Origin: Felis catus
Lineage: Eukaryota
Reading direction: 5' to 3'
Assembly: GCF_018350175.1 (NCBI RefSeq)
Contig: NC_058368.1
Location: 99,016,001-99,080,000 of the forward strand
DNA length: 64,000 bases
Positions 26,061 to 36,784 of this stretch are shown here, one piece after another (the first letter of the stretch is position 1; each line of letters opens with the position of its first letter). Position numbers and translations under genes: made by a program. The notes under the pieces were generated by a model that saw only the letters and a program-made list of their open reading frames with translations, was not told the DNA's origin and did no database searches.

Positions 26061-26416
26061 TGAAATTTATTGACAAATTAGTTTCCATACAACACCCAGT
26101 GCTCATCCCAAAAGGTGCCCTCCTCATTACCCATCACCCACCCTCTCCTCCCTCCCACCCCCCATCAACCCTCAGTTTGTTCTCAGTTTTTAAGAGTCTC
26201 TTATGCTTTGGCTCTCTCCCACTCTAACCTGTTTTTTTTTTTTTTCCTTCCCCTCCCCCATGGGTTCCTGTTAATTTCTCAGGGTCCACATAAGAGTGAA
26301 ACCATATGGTATCTGTCTTTCTCTGTATGGCTTATTTCACTTAGCATCACACTCTCCAGTTCCATCCACGTTGCTACAAAAGGCCATATTTCATTTTTTC
26401 TCATTGCCACGTAATA
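26017..26416 (-). mobile_element. Young 5'-truncated felid L1 (L1_Fc-like)
   Basis: T42 tail, cat-type L1 3' UTR (gtttccatacaacacccagtgctcatccca); perfect 19-bp TSD agaatgcagggaattttct at 25998-26016 and 26417-26435. Confidence 0.95.
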
Positions 26417-26744
26417 AGAATGCAGGGAATTTTCTAAACAGAAAATGGATCTTCTAAAAATGCTGGATGTTTAAAACACGACAAATGTTCGCTTGAGTCA
26501 TTTTGCAGGGGGAGGTCATATAAAGCTGGGACAGGGTTGTAAATAAAAGATATTTCTACAGAGCCTGTAAACTTGGGAAATTCTAGGTTATTTCACACCA
26601 GTCATCAGCTCACTGATGAGTTCATAATCATAGTACATTAAATGTTTTCTGCAAAGCTACTTTACATCATGTTGACATTTTGGAGAGAGCACTGACTCTT
26701 GTCCTTATACACTGATGCTCAGAGTTTAGAACATATGAGGGGAT

Positions 26745-26941
26745 TAGACAAGAGGGAGGGAGGAAAGGAGGGGTGAGAGATAGAGAGAGACAGAGCATAA
26801 GCAGGGGAGGGGGAGCAAGAGGGTAGACACAGAATTCAAAGCAGGCTCCAGGCTGTCAGCACAGAGCCCGACACGGGGCTTGAACCCGTGAACCGCGAGA
26901 TCATGACCTGAGCCGAAGCCAGACATTTAACCGGGCACCCC
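26745..26941 (-). mobile_element. CAN-SINE lacking an A tail
   Basis: Core gacacagaattcaaagcaggctccaggctgtcagcacagagccc; internal deletion near the head; no T tract. Confidence 0.88.
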
Positions 26942-27575
26942 TGCTTTACTGCTCTTCTGAACATATTCAAACAATGGCATGTTGGAGTAATTTCACGTCT
27001 GCTTTTTTAGGGAAGGCACTTGTATCAAATGCTGTGTGGAGAGAGAACTGGGAAGGCCCTCTCAGTGGAGAAGCAGAGATTGCATGGGGTCCTTAGTTGC
27101 TTTCAGGGTACATTCAGTTCCCTCTTCCAGATTTGGGCAGATTCTTGCAATAGGCAGACAGAGGTGGGGTGCGGGGGGACAGTAGCATTCTTCTAAGAGA
27201 AATCTCATAAAAGTATGAATCCAGGGTAACGGTGGCCACCCTGTAACTTGGCATTTGGTGGTCATTGCTGGAAGACCCATTGGAACCATATTTTGTAAAC
27301 ACTTGAATATGAAAGGGGACATCTAAACATCATAGCTATTACAGGTTTTCTGTTAATATATGATCTCAGCCCTGCTTTAACAGTCATAAGTTAATCCTCT
27401 TTCTTGACTCTCTTCAGCCCCTTGTGAGTTTACTTTTTCTCAAAAAATGATTGGCATACATGCTTAGATTTTTAAACTTGTACTGAGTACACATGACTTT
27501 TACATTTCTCTATTACAGATAATAAGGTTGATAATTTCTCCTGCAGTGCACAATGTATTAATTTGAGAGTGATTT

Positions 27576-27656
27576 CTTGATAAGCCCATTTAAGATAGAC
27601 TTTGAAATCAGTGTCTGACTTGATAAACCCATTTAAGGTAGACTTTCAATCAGTGT
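27576..27656. repeat. ~43-bp-period tandem duplication (2 copies)
   Basis: cttgataagcccatttaagatagactttgaaatcagtgt / cttgataaacccatttaaggtagactttcaatcagtgt. Confidence 0.9.
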
Positions 27657-28879
27657 TTGTGTGTCAGATACTACCAGCATTATGAAGAAGAGGATGAGTC
27701 TCTTCTCTAGATGATAGAAAGTTTTGCTTGAATTGTGAGTAGAAGAAGGGTGTTACGGAAGAGGGAGATGAGACAGAAGTGTATGCATTCAGAGGGAAGG
27801 TGCCCATTGACCCGCTTTCTCCCTACTTTGTGACTGTAGGTAAAGTTTGCTAAAATTCATTATATGCTTTTCAGAACTTTGTGAACACCAATATTTGGAA
27901 TGAATAAAGCACTACAGTGTGAAAGAGAAACACATTGGAAACAGAGAACAATTCTCAGTTCTTAGCAGAAAGTAGATGAGGCATTTTCTGCACAGGCTTT
28001 CACAGCATCCATACCTTGCTTTCAAGGACTGGAGAGGCCCCAGCCTACATTAGGTTTCAGGTGTGTGTATGCGTACCTGCTACGGCAGTTTTCCTTTCTC
28101 CTCAGATACTCTCCACAGGAAGCAAGATGGATTTGGCTTCTGTGCAATTACTGAAGTAGAGCCAGCGACATATCCACAGTTACCGGCCATCACGCTTGTA
28201 GCATTTCTGTAAGATGAACAAAGATGTGACTCAGCAGTGATTTAATAACCATCCTGCCACCCTTAAGAGAATTTATATGGGCCTGTTATGTCACTTGCTG
28301 CCACACAGACCTCAGCAGTGGAGCTGTTGCATGAGGGATTGCTCTGTGGGCCTGCAGGGGGAGGAAAATGAAATGGATCAGATTTCACAGAACATTCCAA
28401 GTTGGGGTTCTGGTGGGGTTCTGGTTTTTCCGATCTGGTTTCCTACAGGGGATAGGTTTTGGTTTCTATAGTTTGGTTGCAAAGAGATATATTTCCAGTT
28501 TACCAGGTTGCACGGATAGGGTGGATGTTACGTTACATATACACAAACACATTTTGAGCACTGAACTTCCTTTGATCATCAGTTTTGTACTCAGACATGC
28601 TCAGTCTAATCCCACTTAACCCACTCTTTAATCTGCGGCCAATACTTTGAATTTTCTGACGTGTTTTTTCTTTCAGATTTCTTATTTTTAGCAATGCCTA
28701 TTGAGTCTTCAGAATTTCTAGTTTTGTTGAATTAATAAAAATTCTATGCGTTTTGAAATCCAGTATAATTTATAAATATGATAAAGCAAAGTTAAAATAT
28801 ATTTTTAATTATAAAATAGAGCTTCTTTCCTTTAGTTAGCTACCCCCCAACCCATTAATTTTTTTTTTCCTATCTTTAG

Positions 28880-28956
28880 GCAAGAGGCTTTTCATGGTAC
28901 TTGACATGCAGTCATGGATTGGCACAACATAACTATTCGTTGAAGTAGGTGGCAAG
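28880..28956 (+). other. Candidate 77-nt non-coding exon (unconfirmed)
   Basis: tttttttttcctatctttag| acceptor and AAG|gtaaaa donor; stop codons in all three frames. Confidence 0.22.
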
Positions 28957-29370
28957 GTAAAATGCCTTTTCTTATCAATTTTCCTCCAGGTATTCTTGTT
29001 ACAGTTTTTTTTTTTTTTTTTGCATGGATTTTTTTAGTCTACACTTTGATTTGTGACACAATCCATACATACAAATGCACAGTCATGGAATATAGTTTTA
29101 TCATGTGTATTGGATTTATGTGAATCTAAATCTGCATACTTTCCCCACAAAAAGAAAATGATTATATTTTAAGTACTCCTGGTACTTCCTTACACCCGAG
29201 CTTCCGTTATGGGAAAGAAAGTGATGGGAGTTGGGAATGTACTGCGTCAGAGCCCATCTCGGTTCTGAGGATCACATCTCCTTATAAACCCATATTCTAA
29301 GTGCCATTCCCATGTTTAAAGGTACAGAGATGTCTGCCAACTTCCTGTGGTTCTCAAATAAATGATGCCT

Positions 29371-29402
29371 TTTAAAACATGTTTTATTTATGTATTTATT
29401 TT

Positions 29403-29439
<37 letters not shown>

Positions 29440-29617
29440 CAAGTTCGTGTGCAAGTAGGGGAGGGGCAGAGAGAAAGGGAGAAAGAGAATCCCACACAGT
29501 CTATGCACTGTCAACGTGGATCCTGATGCGGGTCTAGAACTCAGGAACCCTGAGATCATGACCTGAGTTGAAATCAGGAGTCCGACACTTCATGGACTGA
29601 GCCACCCAGGCACCCCC
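29371..29617 (-). mobile_element. CAN-SINE
   Basis: (GA)n tract and core; TSD aaataaatgatg(c/t)ctt. Confidence 0.93.
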
Positions 29618-30739
29618 AAATAAATGATGTCTTATTCCTTACTCAGAAGTCTTTATTGTTTTATAAATATTGGAGGAGGGCAGGTCTGTGTTTTAAGGTG
29701 TGGCACTTCCCTGAAGTATTTCCAAGAGCTTTTCACTCTTCATGGTATAATCTAATTCATCACAAAATGAGACTTCATTGTGTATGTTCCCTCTCTGTAT
29801 ATAATCTACTTCATATGGGTATGTATGCATTTACATGTGTAAAAATCAGTATTTGTGATAGTGTATGTATATGTATAGGTATATAGATATTATTCAGTTA
29901 TATTTAAGAATTTCATGATACAAATTACAGGTGAAGAAAACTTCAAAATTCTTCACAGTTGGAAAAAACTGAAAATTTGGTTTTTTTTTTTGAATTTCAG
30001 TTCAAGTTTGAACAATCTTGGTTCTCTGCTTCTCTCCTGGCCTCACCCTCCAGTGAATATACATGACTATGGTAATCTGATGATGTGTATGGACACTTTT
30101 TATACAACCCAAGCACCCTTAAGGGCTTCTTAGCTCTTTGAGATTCAGGAGGATGAGGCCGGTAACCACATTTTCCCAGCTGTGCAGATCTAGAACCTTC
30201 CTACAACCTCTGCCCCAAGGGCGGATTGATACCATTCTTTGTCTGTTGTTGGCTTTCCCATGAACCCAAACACCAATAGTACCTTGATCTCTTTGGCCTA
30301 TATATTGAGGGACAGTGGGTAGCCAGGGAGGGAGCTCTTCATAGCCCACTCAACATTCTGCCCTCATCCTCAGGACCTTCATCTATACCTTCTGTCCCTG
30401 AGCTGAGCAGTCCTCCCTCACTCATTTTCCCTACTGTTCAGACTGCCTGGGAGGCACAGTTACTCCCGCTCACATTCTTAGTGGTTGCAATGGAAAGCAA
30501 CCCATTCGATCTCCGGTAAAAAAGTTGAAGTCAGAATAATTTCTTTCTCAGAGGAAAAAGGAAAAGCGACGAAGGATTTTTATTGGTTGTAGCTCAGCCT
30601 CCTTTGGCTCACACTGCCATCCTGATCCTCTGCTAGTTTTTCTGGGAAGTTAGTTGGGAATCTTTTTGATTAAATGAATTTAAGTTGGCTTCTTTATTTG
30701 TGTCCTTTTAATATGCCTCTTTCTTTAAGCTCTTTTTTT

Positions 30740-31960
30740 TTTTTTTCTGAGCCAGCAGTGGATTCCAAGTTTATTTTGCATTTTTCGTGATCCATTAATG
30801 GAATTAGCCATATCTTCAAGGTACTGTACTTCTTTTAGAGGAGAATGCATTCAGAAGCCACACTCTAGATCATAGATGTGCTTACTGTCATCAGGCTTTC
30901 AGAGTAGACAGAGCTAGAGTGTTTACATACATTTGACCCTTTATACATACTTTTATATGATCTAGAAAGATTGTATATCATGAGTTCACACTGATGTTTC
31001 TTTTTTTATTTAATGTTTATTTATTTTTGAGACAGAGACAGCATGAATGGGGGAGGATCAGAAATAGAGAGGGAGACACAGAATCCGAAACAGGCTCCAG
31101 GCTCTGAGCTGTCAGCATGGAGCCCGACGCAGGGCTTGAACTCACAGACCACGAGATCATGACCTGAGCCGAAGTCGGACGCTTAACTGACTGAGCCACC
31201 CAGGTGCCCCAGCACACTGATGTTTTTAATTCCAGTTCAACACCTTTGGTTTTTTTTCTATTTTTTTTTCTTTTTTTCTCTATTTCCTCTCTGACAGTGA
31301 GAATCCTGGCTCCCATTACTATCAGTATACATACAATCCCTTTGTATGTAATTAGTCACCCATCTTCATGGCTGCTCTGTCCCCATGTGGATGCCCTGTG
31401 AACCCTATTAGGTGCCTTTAAGCCTGATTTTTGTTCTCAGTTCGTGGGGCTGCATTGTCTCATGGATGCCTTCCCTATTCCTCTGAGGCTCTGATTCCTT
31501 ATACCAGACTTTCTGCCCCACATTACATGTCCCATTTAAGTTCTGAATCTTTACACCAGGCTGCACCCATATGGGGACTCCTTCCTGCATTAAAGGTATA
31601 TTTGGAAAGGCTGACAAAAATACATAAAACATTTACTCAGACACCCTGTGCTGGGCTGACCCTGGAATATGGATGCCTTCCTTACTGAGCATTGCCTCTG
31701 ACTGCACATACAGGGCTACTCTTTGTGTGAATACCTTCCTCACTCTTTTAGGGCTCTAAAACCCTTCAGCAAGTTGCCGTCCGGTGTAGATTCTGTCTTC
31801 GTCCTGCTCAAGATCTCACTTCATTCACTGGACTTCCCAGATGCATGGATACCCTCCTCTGCCTGTTCTAGCTGAACAGTTCCTTCTACCCAGCCTTACC
31901 CCTACTCCCACTTCTGTCATTGTTCTTGTATTCCAGCATCCAGCTCTGGGCCACCACAGC
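30740..31960 (-). mobile_element. Ancient L1 (L1MC-like) 3' region, contains a SINE
   Basis: aattagccatatcttcaagg...cttttagaggagaatg...acagagctag and degenerate ggatgccttcc repeats as recalled for L1MC-type 3' UTRs. Confidence 0.5.
31000..31210 (-). mobile_element. CAN-SINE (SINEC_Fc)
   Basis: Consensus-like; TSD cacactgatgttt at 30987-30999 and 31213-31225. Confidence 0.95.
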
Positions 31961-32446
31961 AGCTCCACCCCCTGGTCCAGATAGACCTTGTTCTGCTTCA
32001 CTTAACTGTTTGGCAAGTGAGTTATTCAGAAAAGGAAAGGAACAGGCAGAAGAGGAAGAGTCCTTGCACCATTTTAAGGTATCTACTTTCTTTGCTTGGT
32101 TCAGTTGTCTACAAATGCAAATGTAAAGGAAAAATCTAAAATATTTACACTGCAGTGACTAAGTAGTGTCAGAATTATAAGCTCACAGATGTCAAGTTAT
32201 ATATATTTCCATATTTGTATTCTCAGTATGTAGCATATGGCGTGGCACGTAGCAAATATTTATGATTAGTGAATTAAAACTTGCATGGGATGACTTCATG
32301 GTTTGTGTTTTAAACTACACTTCCAAATTTTGCAGGAGCTTAGTCTACTAACAACTTCCCCCTCCCTCATTTTTATTATTCTAAAAAATATGCTGAATAA
32401 AACAGTGTAATTTAAGTTCTAAGGCGCTTTGAATCTTTATTTCTTC

Positions 32447-32479
32447 CGTGTGTGTGTGTGTGTGTTTGTGTGTGTGTGT
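32447..32479. repeat. Interrupted (TG)n microsatellite
   Basis: Seen directly in sequence. Confidence 0.9.
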
Positions 32480-33193
32480 CTTTACCTTTTCTAGTTCCAT
32501 TGTATCATTCCTACAGATATGCAAATAGACTGTGGTATTTAACCTCCCGTTTGCTCTATACCTCCATGTCCCTTCATCCTTTTTCATCCATCTGCCCCCA
32601 GTCTATTCTAAACCACTGTCATTTCTCATCTCAGGACTATGTTTCCTTGGGGGAAGAGGGCATATGGATTCTTTCCTGGTCTTTCTGCTTCTCTTTCCCC
32701 TTCAGTCTTTTTTCTGAGTAGCAGTTTGAGTCTTACTCCCCACTACCTCCTCAGCCTTATTTTTGGCCACTTCCTCATGGGCAGCACCACAGACAACTAA
32801 TCTCTAAATAATTCCTTAAACGCATAAGACTACTTCCATTTGGTATCTTTTCACTTCATTTGATATCTTTGATATCTTCGAAATGTTGTCTTTTCTTCTA
32901 CCTTTAGGTCCTAGCTTTCATATTGGAAGCTACTGTATCCAGAGTTGTCCTGTTTACTTCCTTCACTTTCAGTAGTTTGTAATTATGTTGTCTGTTTCTT
33001 TTTTTTTCACCTTTCCTTCTCATAGACCATAGACTTCATCATCGTAAGGACCATGATTATCTTGTTTTCCATTGTATTCTAAGAAGAAAAGTTAGATGCT
33101 TAATAAACATCTGATGAATGTATAAATAATAATGCTGAAACATTCAAACAAAATAAGGATAGAGGAGACAGTTTTAAAAATATGTATGCTCTA

Positions 33194-33408
33194 GGGGCAC
33201 CTGGGTGGCTCATTCAGTTGAGTGTCTGACTCTTGATTTTGGCTCAGGTCATGATCCTGGGATCGTGGGTTCAAGCCCTTCATCGAGCTTCACGTATGAC
33301 TCCATGTTGAGCATGGAGCTTGCTTATTAGGATTCTCTCTCTTCCTTGGCCCTTCTCACTCCCTTGCACATTCTCTCTTTCTCTAAAAAATAAAAAAAAA
33401 TAAAAAAA
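33194..33408 (+). mobile_element. CAN-SINE
   Basis: ggggcacctgggtggctca head, A tail, TSD ...tgctcta. Confidence 0.92.
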
Positions 33409-33950
33409 TGTGCTCTATACATAGGAGTAAATGTTTTATGTATTTTTGTTAGCCTTTCCAAATATACCTCTAATTCAATTTTTAAAAATCACAGTTTCCA
33501 AAAAACAAACAAAAAAAAAAGTGGCATTATTGTACAACATGTATATGGACTTTTATTTGGGAAAAATGAATTTTTAACTTATGAGAAAACTGTACAGCAA
33601 AAATATTACCAGTTAGCTTAAAATATATTTGCAATAACAAAACAGTTGACTTCCTTAGCTTAGTTCAAGGTTTTTCAAGATTTCCGTTAACTTAAAAATA
33701 TTTGGAAGCCAAGCCTAGAATTCAAGAAAACCACTAAAATGTTAACGTGTCAATTCTTACTCTGTGCCAACTGAATAGAGGCAAAAGTTTTTGAATATTT
33801 TTCTCATACATATTTAGGTGAAATGTAAGAAGGAAATATGTTGAATGTATACTATGATGCCCAATTACTGTGTGTCTGCCTTTGGAGTGCTTATGGCCCA
33901 GGGTAATTGATGAGGTCCCAAATAATATCAAAAAGCAATTTATTCTAGAG

Positions 33951-34134
33951 CAGGGTTTTCAAACTATGGCCTGCGGCTTGTTTATGTTCAGCCCTCAAGG
34001 TAAGAATTGTATTCACATCTTGAAAGCATTATAAAAAAGAAAAACAAAGATATGAGACAGAGACTGAATGTAATATGCAAACCTTAAAATATTTATTTTA
34101 TGGCCCTTAATGGGGAAAAAAAATTGCCAACCTA
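33951..34134 (+). mobile_element. MER58-like hAT-Charlie fossil
   Basis: cagggttttcaaactatggcctgcggc ... aaaatatttattttatggccctt...ttgccaacc. Confidence 0.7.
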
Positions 34135-34391
34135 TTTTCAGAAGCATTACTGAGGAAAAGTAAGAGGAAAAAAATGGAATAGATGAATCTAATATAGGTA
34201 AGAGCACATTTTGGAATGAAATACTCATAGTTAAATATTTGATTTTTGGCTCCTTTAAATTATGAAATTTTGGTCATTTTTTTTTCTTCCAACTCTATTC
34301 TGTAGTTAAGACAGTTGGAGATACCAACATTTCAAAAATGACTTGTGATGTTTCAAGATTTATCTTGGATTTTAAAAAAGGTATATGTTCT

Positions 34392-34610
34392 GGGGCACCT
34401 GGGTGGCTCAGGTTAAGCATCTGACTTCTGCTCAGGTCATGATCTTGTGGTCTGTGAGTTCAAGCCCCACATCAGGCTCTGTGCTGACAGCTCATATCCT
34501 AGAGCCTGCTTCAGATTCTGTGTCTCCTTCTCTCTCTGCCCCTCCCCAGCTTGCGCTTTCTTTCTCTCTCTCAATAAATAAACTTTAGAAAAATAAATAA
34601 AGAAGGAAAT
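34392..34610 (+). mobile_element. CAN-SINE
   Basis: Head, core and tail present; TSD atatgttct. Confidence 0.93.
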
Positions 34611-34659
34611 AATATGTTCTAAGTTCCCAAAGGAAAAACTCAACAGTATTACTTGGTAT

Positions 34660-34820
34660 TGTATATATGTGTATGTACACAATATATATACATATATAAC
34701 ATATGTGTATACATATATATACGTATATATATATACACATGCTATATATATGTATATGTATATATGTATATACACACACGCACACATACATACATACAAC
34801 ATGTATAGTATATATATATA
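34660..34820. repeat. (TA/CA/TG)n low-complexity tract
   Basis: Alternating purine-pyrimidine run of ~160 bp. Confidence 0.9.
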
Positions 34821-35069
34821 CTGGGCAGGATTTTGTCTAGTACTACAGTTCTTACCATGCAGTGGACCTTATGAAACCTTATAAAAATATTAGTGCCAAT
34901 TACCCTGATGTTATTTTTCCTCTTTTTTTTTTAAGACAGATTTTTTGAGGAATAATTGACATGCAATAAGTTCAGCATTGTAAGGTATAAATTTGATAAC
35001 TTTTGACACAAGCATACACCATGAAACATCACTATAATCAATATAATAAACATATTCTTTACCCCAACC

Positions 35070-35810
35070 ATGAGAAGTGAAAAATACCTATTGTAAAATC
35101 TAGAGAAACCACTAAAAACTTAAAAGAAGTGTAGCTAGTAAGCTAAAGGGAGACATTAAATGAAATACTACAATTTAAGTAATCCAGAAAGCAAAAAAAG
35201 GAAAAAATAAGAAAGAACAAATATAAAATTTAGAAAACTAGCAGCAAGATGATAGATTTAAACCAACCCATATCAACAAATATTATAAATGTAAATGGTA
35301 TAAATTCTCCACTTAAAATGTAGCAACCATAAGAGTAGATAGAAATCTAGACATAATTATATACCTTCAAAAATTTATTGTAAATATAAAAGTAAATTTC
35401 ATGACAAGAGATATTAGCAGACATAGAGACATGTCATAGTGATAAGAGTCAATTTACTAAAACTTAAAAATCCTAGATATATATAATAATCTAATAGTAG
35501 TTATTTTAAAATACATGAAACATCTATTGACAGAAGTGAAAGGAAACATAGACAAATGAACAATTACAATTGAAGATTCAACATCTCTGTCATAGAAATT
35601 GATAGAAATGTAATTCATAAATTATTAGGGATAAAAATACTTGAACAACACTGTCAACCAATATGACTTAGTTGATATATCTAAAGCATTCCACTCAACA
35701 GCAGAACATAAATTCTTTTCAAGCACGCAGGAAACATGCATTAAGACCATACCCTGGGCCACAAAATGAATCTTAATGGATTTAAGTGATTGAAATAGTT
35801 TTATTTCTAT
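35070..35810 (+). mobile_element. Old L1 fragment, inter-ORF region and ORF2 endonuclease start (degenerate)
   Basis: aaatgtaaatggtataaattctccacttaaaa corresponds to ORF2 NVNGLNSPIK; gaaaggaaacatagacaaat; ttgaacaacactgtcaacc. Confidence 0.75.
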
Positions 35811-36020
35811 ACACGGGCAATAAACAACTAAAAAATAAATTGCATTTATAGTGCCATCCCACAACACAAAAATAGTTGGGGATAAGGTTAACAAAATGTA
35901 TATCCTAAATATGTAAATACTGACAACTAGAAAATATTTTTTGATCGTTGATTTGATTGGTGTGCAGGGGACCATCCTGTATCATGTTTTAAAGAGCTAG
36001 TGTATCATGTTTTAAAGAGC

Positions 36021-36259
36021 CCTGGGTGGCTCAGTCGGTTAAGCCTCTGACTTAGGCTCAGGTCATGATCTCACGGTTTTTGAGTTCCAGCCCCACGTTG
36101 GGCTCTGTGCTGACAGCTCAGAGTCTGGAGCCTAGTTAGGATTCTGTGTCTCCCTCTGTCTCTGTACTCCCACCCCACCGCTTGCTCGCTCGCTATCTCT
36201 CTCTCTCTCTTTCTCTCTCTCAAAAATAAGTAAACATTTAAGAAAATTAAAAAAAAAAC
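36021..36259 (+). mobile_element. CAN-SINE with slightly truncated head
   Basis: Begins cctgggtggctcagtcggttaag; TSD ttaaagagct(a/g)gtgta. Confidence 0.93.
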
Positions 36260-36563
36260 ATATTAAAGAGCTGGTGTACCGTATCTACCATAAACCCAGA
36301 ATGTGTCCTCTGCCCTTCTAATTTTACGTGGAAAAACTCATGTCCGGTGTACATATTGGAAGTTGACGAATTTCTGTTTCATTTCTGCCATATACTCCTA
36401 CATATCTACTTCTCTTTGCAAGGTGTAGCCTAAGGTTTACAGGTAAACTGAGTCAGGTGTCAATCATTTTGTGATTATATCTGCCAGTTTTGCCTCTTTT
36501 CCTTCAATATGTTCTACAAACTTCTTGTGACCATATTGTTATGTTCCAGGAACTGTGTTTTAT

Positions 36564-36784
36564 TTTTTTTTTATTTTTTTTTTTCAACGTTTATTTATTT
36601 TTTGGGACAGAGACAGAGCATGAATGGCGGAGGGGCAGAGAGAGAGGGAGACACAGAATCGGAAACAGGCTCCAGGCTCTGAGCCGTCAGCACAGAGCCC
36701 GACGCGGGGCTCGAACTCACGGACCGCGAGATGGTGACCTGGTTGAAGTCGGACGCTTAACCGACTGCGCCACCCAGGCGCCCC
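36564..36784 (-). mobile_element. Very young CAN-SINE (SINEC_Fc)
   Basis: CpG-rich and near-consensus; perfect 15-bp TSD ggaactgtgttttat at 36549-36563 and 36785-36799. Confidence 0.97.

Noticed and set aside
27576..27656. Repeat of CRISPR-like length
   Set aside because: Only two adjacent copies, no unique spacers, and the DNA is mammalian
34437..34884. Y/I/V-rich ORFs
   Set aside because: Derived from the (TA/CA)n tract and a SINE
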